From the NCBI GenBank assembly GCA_951406725.2, contig OX597821.1, positions 45,756,001-45,820,000 of the forward strand: a stretch of 64,000 nt of DNA, written 5' to 3'. The notes under the pieces were generated by a model. It had not been told where the DNA came from, made no database searches, and saw only the letters and a program-made list of their open reading frames with translations. Of this stretch, positions 1-11,329 are shown in pieces. The position numbers and the translations under genes were made by a program. Numbering within the stretch: position 1 is the stretch's first letter; every line of letters begins with the position of its first letter. The stretch is from Octopus vulgaris (Eukaryota).

Positions 1-1947
1 TACTCAAAAATAAACAAGACAGTGTTTATGGTTATAGTTTATATATATTTACAACAAATTAGGTTGCAAACTTGTTCAATAGTTTATACAATTTACAGTT
101 GTATAAAAAATTACCCGCATTTATCAGTTGTTAAATTGCTGCTGAATGGTTGTTTAAATATTTAAAAGAAAATTGTACCTGTGATTGAATTGATGACGCT
201 ATGATTAATAAGCACAATTTTGCTGTTCTATTTTATCGTTCAGCATAATTAAATGAGCTATCAAACTATAACTTTGTTGGAAATTCACGTTTTGAAACTT
301 CATAAACACCAAGATCGGATACGGTTTGCCTCATCTATGCACATCGCTCGTTGAAATTAATCTTTTTCCGAGTAAAAATGTATCAATATATATTATCAAC
401 ATAATCAAACGGAAAGCATATAACTGAATAAGTATTACTGTTTAAAACTGTTCGGTTGAATTGATTTATAATTTGCGCAAAATTTAAGTTCTTCAAATGA
501 TTGCACATAAAATGTCAATTTGAGAATAAGAAACAAAAAATGAACACCCAAGATATTATTCAGAAACCCGAGTAAAGTAAGCATTTCTGAAATACGTTAA
601 TTTGTTTTTTCATATGAGTAAGAATATTTTATAGTAGTTTAATGGAAAAACGAACATTTCCCCAACACTGAGAATCGTTGCACATAATTAATTTATGATA
701 TGAAGCGTGATAACATTTCTGTGTTAATTCGTAGCGTTGATAGCGAGTAAATGATAAAGATATTTGCATAAAGTCTGATCAATATATTACTTACATTTTT
801 AACTATCGTTAAATTGTATGAAGAGGAATTACTGTATTACATTAAAGATTGACTTTATTTACTTCTTAGATCTTTATTTCAATAATTAATGACTATTTTA
901 AACTATTTTATCAAAATATTTTCCTTCATTGATATATTTAATCGATTTTTCCGTTGAATAATATTCTGTCGAATGTGCACAAGATGTTCATTGTAAGAGA
1001 AAGATTTTGTTAGTATTTTTGTGTTTCGTAGGTAAATGTACTAAATAAAAATAACTTTAGGGAGTAAAAATGTAAAATCTTATACAAGAAAATTAATTAT
1101 CTAGTAATGATAATTATCAATGTGTACAATTTTCAAAATGCCTAAATAATACGTAAAACGAAAATGTTCTTTACGTAATGTTACAGTCAGAGTCTCTACT
1201 ATATACTTATCTTGTCGACTTTGTATGTTATTTGATGTAGTTTGAATGTATCAAATTATTTGTGGATACAAAAATATCGTTTAATTCAATTCTATAATGA
1301 AACTATTATATATATATATATATATAAAACTAACAAGTAAACTAATATATGAAAATTTTAATCATGCTGTTTCTTTTGAAAACATGTAATTTTTCAGCAT
1401 GATGAAGGTCTGATCTACGTTTTGTGTGAAAGAGTTATCTTAGTTGTATAAAAATGAATATGCTTTTCATGAAGATATTAAATATTCGCAAGTCTACATT
1501 ATTTACTATATTGATATTGTTTCCTAATATGTTTTGTGGTATGCTTAAAATTCGCAAAGCTGCGTGCATATGCACTATAATATCAATTCCAGTAAATAAA
1601 CTAAGTTATGCGTGTTTTATTATTCAACGTAGTTTATTCCCATTTTTCAAGAATAGTTTAATGATAACGGAGTTAAACAATGGTAGTTTATTAAATAATC
1701 TCATGAAGAACCTTTAAAATAAGGTAACATACCGTCAGAAAAATGAAAAGTTAACTTTGATTTGAAATGCATATGTATGGTTCTGATTACATCAAAGTGG
1801 AATAAGACCCAACGTTTTTACCTTCTTTGCATTTTTACCCTCTTTGCGATGTATTTGTATTGCTATTTGAGTTTTAACTCTTAAATTATTCCAGTATAGG
1901 CAAAATAATATACTGGGGAAAGCAAGGTTGGGGCAGTATCCATTTAC

Positions 1948-1978
1948 CTTATTACGTCGGAAGATAGGATCGGCGTTC
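1948..1978 (-). other. Candidate micro-exon, 31 nt
   Basis: Minus-strand acceptor TTTCCTTTTTCATAG and donor AAG|GTAAAT around a CpG-containing stretch. One frame reads NADPIFRRNK. Confidence 0.25.
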
Positions 1979-2258
1979 CTATGAAAAAGGAAAGTAATAT
2001 TACTTCGTTATTAAATTGTTTAATATGGAATAAACTCTATTGTTCTTTCCTTAAATAATTCTTCTGTTTTTTTTTCATGATCGGAGTAGTCATCATTATA
2101 GAATCAGTTATTGATTTATAAAAGAAGCCAAGTTCTTTTCTCATTGGAGTTAACACATAAAATGCTCATCTATTTTATTAGTTAAAATGCTGTTTTCAGT
2201 GGGGAACATTGTGCTACCTATAGTTCAAGAAAGTATCTGAATTATGAATCACTGCAGA

Positions 2259-2289
<31 letters not shown>

Positions 2290-2290
<1 letters not shown>

Positions 2291-2500
2291 CTGTGTTTGT
2301 TGCCCACCACCGCTTAACGACCGGTGCTGGTGTTTTCTCGGCCCCGTAACTTAGTGGTTCGGCAAAAAGTTAGAATAGGTACCAGGCTTTAAAAGAATAA
2401 ATACTGGGGTAAATTCATTTAACAAAACTTTTTCAAGGCGGTGTCCCAGCATAACCGCAGTCTACTTAATGAAATAAGTGAAAGATAGAGATAAAAGATG
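2290..2500 (+). mobile_element. SINE 3' portion
   Basis: Reverse-complement homologues at 22105-22200, 52860-53090 and 53405-53610 share CCAGCAT(G/A)(G/A)CCGCAGTC and GTAACTTAG-GGTTCGGCAA-like blocks. Confidence 0.7.
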
Positions 2501-2827
2501 AATATACTTTAATGACTAGTATGATATTATCAAAGCAAGACAAGACTAGTTCTTTTTTCTAGGTACAGCTATTAAAATCAGTTTTACATTGGGTAAATAA
2601 TGCTATATTGTCTACTTAAGGCAAAAATTCGCTCATTAACGGTATTAAACACTCTAACTGAACTGACTTGAAAATACAATCGTAGACTAACTTTTTCTTT
2701 AGATTCGATGACAGGAATATTTTTTATCTTTTCCTTTGCTTAAAATATTAAACACAGTTGACTGCTTATTGCTTGCTATTCGTTTCGAAGTCGACAAGTA
2801 TAGATGTACAAATGATGATAACAATAA

Positions 2828-2847
2828 ATAATAATAATAATAATAAT

Positions 2848-2895
<48 letters not shown>

Positions 2896-2915
2896 AATAA
2901 TGATGATGAGGATGA
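2828..2915. repeat. Compound (TAA)n(CAA)n(TGA)n microsatellite
   Basis: Directly visible. Confidence 0.95.
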
Positions 2916-3189
2916 TAATAAGAATATATATATATAAGATTTAGATGTAGGAGCATATAAGAGCAATATAATCGTATCTCTATGCGTGACACACTGACCT
3001 TTGTACTACGTCAACATTATTGTTAACTGAAAGGTCGACTAAATGCTCTGCTTCTTTTTTTTTTTTAGAGTCAGAAAAAGGATTTTCTAGAAGTTTAATA
3101 AGGTCATGCGTTACTCAAACCACATATTTTCAATTACCACCGTCGTCATTGTTGTCGTTGTCGTCATCGTCGTCGTCGGTGTTGTTGTT

Positions 3190-3385
3190 TAAGGTGGCGA
3201 GCTGGCAGATTCGTTACCACGGTATTTCGTCTGTTGCAACATTCTAAGTTCAAAACCCGCTGCGGTCGACTTTGCTTTTCATCGTTTTGGGGTCGATAAA
3301 TTAGGTACCAGTGAAACACTGGATTTGATGCAATCGACTAGTCCCCTTCCACCAAATTTCAGGCCTTGTGCCTTTAGTAGAAATT
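3190..3385 (+). mobile_element. SINE (family beginning GGYGGCGAGCTGGCAGA)
   Basis: Same block order (GAGTTCAAA..GTCGACTTTGC..GGGGTCGATAAA..GTACCAG..GGCCTTGTGCC) as the copies at 18805, 29135 and 57935. Followed by a (TTC)n tail. Confidence 0.75.
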
Positions 3386-3481
3386 CTTCTTCTTCTTCTT
3401 CTTCTTCTTCTTCTTCTTCTTCTTCTTCTTCTTCTTCTTCTTCTTCTTCTTCTTCTTCTTCTTCTTCTTCTTCTTCTTCTT
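3384..3481. repeat. (TTC)n microsatellite
   Basis: Pure run of about 32 units. Confidence 0.97.
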
Positions 3482-3740
3482 GTGGTGTTCCTCGATAATC
3501 CCTAGAGGTCCTTCTGCATCAAGAGGGCTATATCTCTATCATCCTCCTACCTTTTTTATTTAAACCTTTGTATGCTATGCATATGTCGCTTCTTTTTCAA
3601 TATATACCGTGTATACTAACTGTTTTTTATTTATTATCATTTCATTTTAAGTAACCCCCCACACCTTATGTCTGTCTTTCTATTGTCTCTCTTATCCTTC
3701 GTCCTTGTGGCAAATAAATGAAATCGTTGTTATTATTATT
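3482..3740 (+). mobile_element. 3' UTR fragment of a related Tx1-like element
   Basis: Ends CCTTGTGGCAAATAAA plus a short TTA run, matching the terminus at ~6808-6835 (CCTTGTGGCCAATAAA). Confidence 0.6.
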
Positions 3741-6552
3741 GTTTTGTAGGCCAGCGGATAAGGACAGCGTAGGGTGTCCACAATTCCACCTAGTCGAATA
3801 TACGGACCACAAATTAGTGATCTGTACGGTCGACTTAGATAGGCTACATAGACAGGGACCCGGCTACTGGAAGCTGAACGCGTCGTTAACGGCGTGCAAA
3901 GCTTACAGAGACCGGATTAGTTTACTAGTTAAGCGGGCGCTCACGGGGGCAATCATCAACAACAACTGGTGGTTTGCCCTCAAGAGAGCAATTAGAGTAG
4001 AGTCGATTAGGTATAGTAAGACTCTAGCTATTGAACGTAGGAAGAGAGAGCGGGATTTAGTTAAGAAACTAGACGAGGCTCTTGACACTGGCATCGCGAC
4101 CGACGTGTTGGCGGCAAGGTTGGCCCTCGACCAACACTTCGACGCCAAACACGAAGGCTGCGTTGTCAGAGCTAAGGCACGTTCGCTAAGCGGGGAGGGG
4201 ACTAGAGCCGCTCGATGGGCCCGCGTGGCGGAGGCGAAGCGAGGCAACAGAGCAACCATTCGGTCTTTGGTGGACCAGAACGGGCGCGAGGTTACCCAAC
4301 CGAAGCAGATGTGTACGGTACTTCAGCGGCACTTTGCTCAACTGTTTGGGACGAGCGGTGGAACGGACACCAACGGTACAGACTTCGGTGTGTACCTGGA
4401 CGGACTGCCGCAACTCTCGGACAGCGAGGCAGAGTGCTGCGAAGGACCGATATCTGCCTGGGAAGTACAGGAAGCGATGAAGAGTTGCACGAGAGGTAGA
4501 TCGCCGGGTTTGGATGGTCTGCCCTACGAGCTTTACTTTTCAATGCCAGACTTGTTTGCGGACCTGTTGGCAAACGTCTACTGCAACTGGCAGCAAAACG
4601 GGAGAATTCCTGCTTTTGTCTGTCGAGGGGTGGTGGCTTTGCTAAAGAAGGACCCAAACAAGGGGGACGTTATAGGCAATTTCCGGCCCATCACTCTGCT
4701 CAATGCAGAGTTGAAGATTTTGGCCAAGGTGCTAGCCAAGAGATTGGCGCTTGTCGTGGACAAGCTGGTCGGCGGGACGCAGACATGCGCCGTGCCGACC
4801 AGGTCGATACACGACAACCTCCATCTCATGCGCTACATCATAGAGAGGGTGGGTAACGACGCTGGCGCGGGTGGGGCTTTGATCAACTTGGATCAGAGTA
4901 AAGCCTTCGATAGGGTCGACCATCGGTACCTGGCAGCTGTCCTCAAGGCAGCCGGCTTCGGTCCAGTCTTCCGCGGGTGGATCGCTGCTTTATACAGCAA
5001 CATCTGCTCGGTGATACGGGTGAACGGTCACCTTTCGGAACCGTTCGACATCTCGCGTTCGGTCCGCCAAGGATGCCCTCTCTCCTCCCTCTTGTACATT
5101 TTGACTCTCGAGCCATTACTGCGCAAGTTGGAGGCTTTGAGGGGCATCCCGCGCGATCTAGGAGGCGGAAACAGCGTGTCTGCTTATGCCGACGACGTCA
5201 CCGTGGTGGTGTCGAGCCACAGGCACATTGGCCTGATTGGCGAGACGCTAAACCAGTACGAAGCGGTGACAGGGGCAAAGATTAACGCGGAAAAGTCTGT
5301 GGGCTTGCAACTGGGCACCTGGAGAGGCAAGCCCATGCCGTCCAACAGCGTCGTAGGGCGCTGGACAGACGGACCCGTTAAACTGCTCGGGGTCTGGTTC
5401 GGTCCGGACCTCCAGGTGGATAAGAACTGGGAAGAGGTGACGAGCAGGGTGGCACGTCTCACCCAGAAATGGGCCGAGAGGAAGCTGTCCCTGAAAGGTC
5501 GAGCGGAGGTGGCGAATGCGTACATCGCATCCGTCATCTATTACCGCTTGACCGTCGTCCCTTGTCCCGACCGCTGGTTGGCCAAGCTGGTACACCTGCT
5601 CTTCGACTTTTTGTGGAAGGGTCAGGTGCCACTGGTCAGGCGATCCATCTGCTGTCAACGACCGCTGAACGGAGGCCTTGGAATGCCGTGGTTGCTGTTG
5701 CGCAGACATGCGCTCAGGCTGCGGCATCTCAAGCGCTTCCTAGACGGTGAACAGGTGTGGTCGTCTTTTGTCAGACGCGATTTTCCGCAGCTCGTCTCTT
5801 TGACGGAGCTGCAGACCTGGATCAAACGTAGACCGAGAAAGGGCGCTTGGCACCTCGAGTGCCGTCAAGCCCTCTCCGCCCTCCACCAGGCGGGCAATGC
5901 GGTCGGTTACAGCTCCACTCTAGCGTTCTATAGAGGGTTAGTGGAGGAAAAATGCGACGACGTTCTCGGGGAAACTCTAGGCGTTGAAGACGACGAACTG
6001 AGCGGTCTGTTCGGGAGGACTTTCGGGCCGGGGCCGATGGATAATTTCCAGAGGTCTCTCGCCTGGCAGTGCTACCGAGGGGCTCTGCCTGTTCGAGATA
6101 AACTCTACCGGCACGGAAGTGCCGTCAGCCGGGCCTGCCCGAGGTGTTGCCAGGACGACGAAACCGTTCTGCACGCACTCGTCCAGTGCCCGAGTATTGC
6201 TGAAATATGGGTTTATGTCGAACAGCTACTGTCACGTGTAGGACGGATCCGACTATCGGCCGAATCCATAGTGAAGATTGCCCCGCCGACCTCCTTTAAC
6301 AAGGAGGGCGAGGCCGTTTTCTTGTGCCTTGTGGCTGTGGCGAAAGAAGTCGTGTGGTGGACTCGTTTGAAAGGGCTAAAGTCAGACACTTTCCTCTTTG
6401 GTCAAGGCCTCATCAACTTTTTCAAGTTTCACTTGAAAAGGAAGATGAGGTTAGAGAGGAAAGTGCTGTCCGATAGCAAGTTTTATGAAAGGTGGGTGAA
6501 TTGTGCGAGACTGGCCTGTATAAATGGACCAGTTCTCAGGTTTCGCCTGTGA
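3718..6552 (+). CDS. Tx1/L1-clade non-LTR retrotransposon ORF2, 5'-truncated (end of APE endonuclease, reverse transcriptase, C-terminal zf-RVT-like region)
   Basis: 944-aa ORF with no stops. It carries the APE tail TDH...GPGYWKLN, RT motifs SPGLDG, NFRPITLLN, LDQSKAFDRV, VRQGCPLS, YADD and GGLG, and a C-terminal CPRC...ETVLHALVQC. It is much more GC/CpG-rich than its flanks. Most of the endonuclease is missing. Confidence 0.93.
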   Translation: MKSLLLLLFCRPADKDSVGCPQFHLVEYTDHKLVICTVDLDRLHRQGPGYWKLNASLTACKAYRDRISLLVKRALTGAIINNNWWFALKRAIRVESIRYSKTLAIERRKRERDLVKKLDEALDTGIATDVLAARLALDQHFDAKHEGCVVRAKARSLSGEGTRAARWARVAEAKRGNRATIRSLVDQNGREVTQPKQMCTVLQRHFAQLFGTSGGTDTNGTDFGVYLDGLPQLSDSEAECCEGPISAWEVQEAMKSCTRGRSPGLDGLPYELYFSMPDLFADLLANVYCNWQQNGRIPAFVCRGVVALLKKDPNKGDVIGNFRPITLLNAELKILAKVLAKRLALVVDKLVGGTQTCAVPTRSIHDNLHLMRYIIERVGNDAGAGGALINLDQSKAFDRVDHRYLAAVLKAAGFGPVFRGWIAALYSNICSVIRVNGHLSEPFDISRSVRQGCPLSSLLYILTLEPLLRKLEALRGIPRDLGGGNSVSAYADDVTVVVSSHRHIGLIGETLNQYEAVTGAKINAEKSVGLQLGTWRGKPMPSNSVVGRWTDGPVKLLGVWFGPDLQVDKNWEEVTSRVARLTQKWAERKLSLKGRAEVANAYIASVIYYRLTVVPCPDRWLAKLVHLLFDFLWKGQVPLVRRSICCQRPLNGGLGMPWLLLRRHALRLRHLKRFLDGEQVWSSFVRRDFPQLVSLTELQTWIKRRPRKGAWHLECRQALSALHQAGNAVGYSSTLAFYRGLVEEKCDDVLGETLGVEDDELSGLFGRTFGPGPMDNFQRSLAWQCYRGALPVRDKLYRHGSAVSRACPRCCQDDETVLHALVQCPSIAEIWVYVEQLLSRVGRIRLSAESIVKIAPPTSFNKEGEAVFLCLVAVAKEVVWWTRLKGLKSDTFLFGQGLINFFKFHLKRKMRLERKVLSDSKFYERWVNCARLACINGPVLRFRL

Positions 6553-6835
6553 TTTCAAAGAAAAAGGTAATGTAAAAGGAGAAGAAAGGGGACTCTCTAC
6601 ACCCCCTTTTTGACCAGGCTCCCGTTGGCTTTTGTAGGGTTTTTTCCACCAGGAACCTTTCGAGACGTCTCCCCCTTTTGGGAGTTTTTCATTGTTGAAT
6701 TTTATAAGTTGTTATAAAGATTTTTACTCGATGTTTTTAAAAAAACGGCAAAACCCTTTGTAAACTTTCGTCCTGTCTTGTCCCTTTATGTAATCATGCG
6801 TGTCAGCCCTTGTGGCCAATAAAAAAGAATTGATT
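3740..6835 (+). mobile_element. Young 5'-truncated Tx1-like LINE including 3' UTR
   Basis: ORF2 is followed by a ~280-bp 3' UTR ending CCTTGTGGCCAATAAAAAAGAA and then a (TTA)n tract. Confidence 0.88.
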
Positions 6836-6917
6836 ATTATTATTATTATTATTATTGTTGTTGTTGTTGTTATTATTATTATTATTACTATTACTATTAT
6901 TATTATTATTATTATTA

Positions 6918-6958
<41 letters not shown>

Positions 6959-7019
6959 GTTGTTGTTGTTGTTATTATTATTATTATTACTATTACTATT
7001 ATTATTATTATTATTATTA

Positions 7020-7083
<64 letters not shown>

Positions 7084-7086
7084 CAT
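6833..7086. repeat. (TTA)n array with 102-bp higher-order duplication
   Basis: Variant bases recur at 6857/6959, 6888/6990 and 6919/7021. Confidence 0.95.
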
Positions 7087-7439
7087 TGCGTGGACGACAG
7101 TATTGTGAATCTGTTCCATGAGAGTTGGAGTATTACCAAGTTTATTGAATATATTTTTATGTATGTTTTATTTCCTTTTCGAACTTCTGACTATTTTTCG
7201 GAGCGTGTGAATGTCTTCGTATAAAAAAATTTGCTTGTCACAGAGACTCTTTTATTTTCTAAAAACGCTTCTTGTGCTTGCATTCTATTTAAGAAGGATT
7301 CTCCGGGAGGAGAAGAAAGAGAAGAAAGAAGATAACATTGAATATGCCTTGATAAAAGGGTCAAATAATTTTCGATTACACGAAAATGAGCTCAAAAATG
7401 AGAAACAAAAGAGATGACAATAAAACAAAGAAATGCCCT

Positions 7440-8000
7440 TACAAATACAATCAATACAATTTCACACTCACTAGCGCAAATTTGCACCTCATTGATAAAT
7501 ATGGTAACAACAGCAGCAAGAGCGCAAACTTGTATTTATAAAGTACCATAAACAGATCCAACGTTAGTATTACAATCATTAGATAGGTTGGGGAAAAAAG
7601 AAGCGCCAGCGTGCGTCCTTGCCTGAGGAATTTAAAACTATGTGATAAGCGCCGTGGTGACATGGATCATTTTTGTCGCGGTTGGTCTTCATGGACATAT
7701 AGGGTCTGATAACATCCGAAGACAACAGAACGATTCCAGAGATGTACGCCGTTGTAAGCGTAGTGGTTCAGGGCAGAAAGCCAAGCTGTTACATATGCGA
7801 CAGTAAGAGCTACTTGAAAGGTTTCTGCCAAGTGAAGCTGGGAAGGTAGAGAGAGAGAGAGAGAGGGAGAGAGAAAGAGGGAGAGAAATAAACATCAGCA
7901 GAGGCAGCAACAAGAGAAAGAACTACATTAATAGCAGCTCCGAGGGAGGTTCCAAGGTTAGTGCCTTAAACTGTTCATTGTTAGTGCCAAAAACGATGGC
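7440..8000 (+). pseudogene. Degenerate gag-like ORF1 (zinc knuckle) of a non-LTR element
   Basis: ~7754-7831 translates VSVVVQGRKPSCYICDSKSYLKGFCQ, a CX2CX4(H>Y)X4C knuckle preceded by VVVxGRxP. The surrounding sequence has stops. Confidence 0.55.
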
Positions 8001-10399
8001 CATCAGCGTCCCCCATTCCCCGTCCAAATCCGGTACTATCATACTATGCGTCTTGCAAAGATAGACGAGAATATGAAACTGTCGGAGATAGTGGAAAATA
8101 TGGGAAAGGACCTATCCCACAAAAACAGAAAGTGAGCAAGATATACGAAAAACACATTCCGATCTCAAACTATAATATTCAAATTTCTTCGAACAACCAA
8201 CGGCGAACGTTTTGAACGTTATGCGTGAAGACGAAGAAAAAATTAATATAGAGATTAGAACAGAAATGAACTTCGACATGCAAATAATACATTGCTAATA
8301 TGAATCATTTTCAAACCCTTAAGTTATACCTTAGCTTCCAAGAAGATTTGGGTCCTTTCTCATATATTCTAGCACCTTCAGAAGTAAACTTTGTGATTAC
8401 GTTTTTCCTGAGCAACTGGGAGCGGAAACGAATTAGGATTGTAGTGTCCTAACCAAACCCTTATAGAAGATTCTCATCCGAGTGGATGGGTTACACTTTC
8501 TTTACTTCATTTATATTTATATATCTATATACTCACTTATGCAAAACAACTAATGCCTCCTCTATTGTATAACGCTCTTATCCCATTCCTCGCTGTTGTA
8601 TAACTAGATATATACATTTCCATATATTTTTGCAACATGTTGCACGTATCTTGCAAACAAAGTAAGAGGATATTACAGTTGTCGTCGTCGTCATCATCGT
8701 TGTCCTCCTCCTCCTCCACCTTATGTTTTGAAGAGTTTCTACTGCACTGTCAAGTATATCACTGCGTACCTGATATGTGTACAGACTTGTCCTTTGGGAA
8801 CGTTGAATTACGTTTATGTTCTATTTCGCTTTTGCGTGGTTGCAACTTCTCTTGAACAGAGTCTGTGCAATTTGAAATGTGTTATTTCATCGGACGAGGT
8901 TGTGTTTCGTATGTACTATGTTATTAGTGTTATGTACTTAAGTGTCAGTCAGTGGCTTTGCAGCGTATGTATTGAGTGGTTGTTTTTATAGCTACTTTGT
9001 GATATGTGAGTTGTCGGTGTTATATAATGTGCAGAATCGATTACGCCAGAGTGCATTGTTGTGTTATTTAGAATTTGAAGAGAGGGCAAGAAAGCAGCCC
9101 GAGCTAGTGCGTTGCATGCCTTCCGATAGGCAATGAATGGAATGATATTACATGAAGGCCTTGGTGAAAGACATTGGTGATGACGTTGATTCTGCTTATC
9201 ATCACCAATGTGACATGTAAGTGGTGAACGTCAAAGTGACTAGAACTGCTAGTCTTATTGATTCTTGAAAACAGAGTCACTTCGGGCCTGCACGTCATCG
9301 TCAGTGCGCAAATGAAAGTAGTTAAACTGGTAGTATTGAATGAATGTGCTGCTACATATGTGTGGCATTCAGGGCTGTTTAGAGCTTTCTGATCAGAAAA
9401 AAACTAGTCAAACGGAAAAAAAAACAGGACAACAGAAGCAGTAATAATAACTGCAGGCCGCAGAAACTACTGTTCTTAAAGCACCACCAGTCGAGGTTCT
9501 AGATATAGTGGAACAGATTTTAGGCCTTCAATCCTTAAAGCAACAACCGGTCTGCCCTTCTAGGTCATAATCTGCAGCACTACACCATTGTCTTGCGTCT
9601 GTGAAGATGGATAATGAATTGGGTTGTAGAACTTTGAGGGTATCAGAAAGGACAAAAACGTTGGAGAGAGATATATTCTCCAGAAAAAAAGGTAAGTAGA
9701 AGCTATGAAGATGAACACCTTTCTCTAGCAAACTTGAATTTCACAGTTGTCCGAAAGAGTAGCTATATCCTCATACGGACAATGAAAGTTCTGAAGTTAA
9801 GTGAGGAGGATAGGGGTGAAAACCACAGCAAAAGTCTACAATCACATAAAAATGTCTGTCCAGGGATGTGGGATGCTACCTATTTCAACCAACGCAGCAA
9901 ATATTTATGGGTGCCTTTGGGTTTTAATACGAGGAGCGATGAGCGATAGCATCGTGATGTGTTCTAAGCCAATCTAGTTGTCGACTTCTCACCTGTATGT
10001 CGATGGCATGCTCACATTTTGCTTTCCATTATTGCTTTTCAAAATCCTATTTAATTAGATTGTGCTTACATATTCATTTAATTATCAACGTCTCAAAATA
10101 TTGTATTAAAGTCATTGACCCTAATTTTTGTACAGCTTTGTAACACATTAGCGTTTTAGTAAGATGAACTGATAGATTACCCGGCAGCCCTTATTTACCT
10201 GTTTACTACATTTTAAACCTATCTTAATATATTCAAATGAGATTTATTTCGCCGTTTGTTATATATACGTGCACCAGCAACTTTTTCAGAAACCCATTTT
10301 TGATTTACGTTTTGCATTGGCTGAAACTTTATGAACAATAACAGCTCTTGTACTATATAAGAAACCAATGAAACTATATATTATTATTCTTTTGTGCTT

Positions 10400-11190
10400 C
10401 CTGTTTTATATTCTTTAGAATCTGGTCCAAACTATGGACCCAAGATGCCATAGGATGTGGCTTGATTAACAACCCCACATTGTTGTATGTGAGATGACCC
10501 TAGTAGTGCAATCATCTGGACTGCATGGATATTCATTTTGCTTTTGATACTGATGTCCGATTTCTGCAGGAGATGGGGAGCTCTTCTCTCTTTGATGACG
10601 TGTTAGGATTTCGGTGCGAGACTTCGATCTTATGCAACGAAATTCAAACACATCTCCCGTCTCTCTTTTCATGTTGGTACTCTTAAGCCTCTGGTGTGTC
10701 TTCGGTTGGTCTACGTCTAAATCCGCAACCATTTTGTACAAGATTTTCTGCAGTTGAAACTGACCATGGTACTTTACTTTCTGCTTCGGTCATTTGGCAT
10801 AGTTACTACCTCATTTCCTGTTGATAGGATAGAAAACTTTTTCTTAAATTGCACTGCTGCTTTCTTAGTGGAGTATGTCTGATACTTTGATGGAGTGGGT
10901 TTATGTTTTTGTCAGGTATACATGCAGTTCAATAGAAATTATCCAGAAGGCCAGTCCGGGGTGAACTAAGACTCGTACTCCTAAAGCCTGCTGATATCTG
11001 CTCTCAGATGATGCACCTACCCTATGGCCATCATCTTCATTGTCGTGGATGATGTTTATCTCTTCATGTCGTGAAGTTTCCGGTTGATGGCGTTGAAGCT
11101 GTGTCTCTACAAGTCTAACCAAGGTGTCCAATAGCTTTAATTCCTTTAGCCAAATTCAGTGTGTGTTCTGGTGGGCTTTGACAAATGATA
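10400..11190 (-). mobile_element. Decayed R4/Dong-like LINE 3' region
   Basis: Broken minus-strand frames give HLRADISRL, KYHGQF and PKTHQRLKSTNMKRETG, paralleling HGKY...WLRSSGLKA in the copy at 12.9 kb. Confidence 0.55.
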
Positions 11191-11329
11191 TATAACAAAA
11201 TTATAGCAATTAACAATTGCTGGCTGATTTAACTATGATGCTGTTTATTTATTTTTCTTTTTACGAAAGTATAATCAAAGATAAACTATAATGGGTGATT
11301 TATGAATTTCAAAATGTACATAAGAAGCA

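Noticed and set aside
1454-1717. 87-aa ORF in AT-rich DNA
   Set aside because: No domain signature; composition matches the background.
3903-6174. Overlapping and antisense ORFs inside the Tx1 ORF2
   Set aside because: Expected by-products of GC-rich coding sequence; no recognisable motifs.
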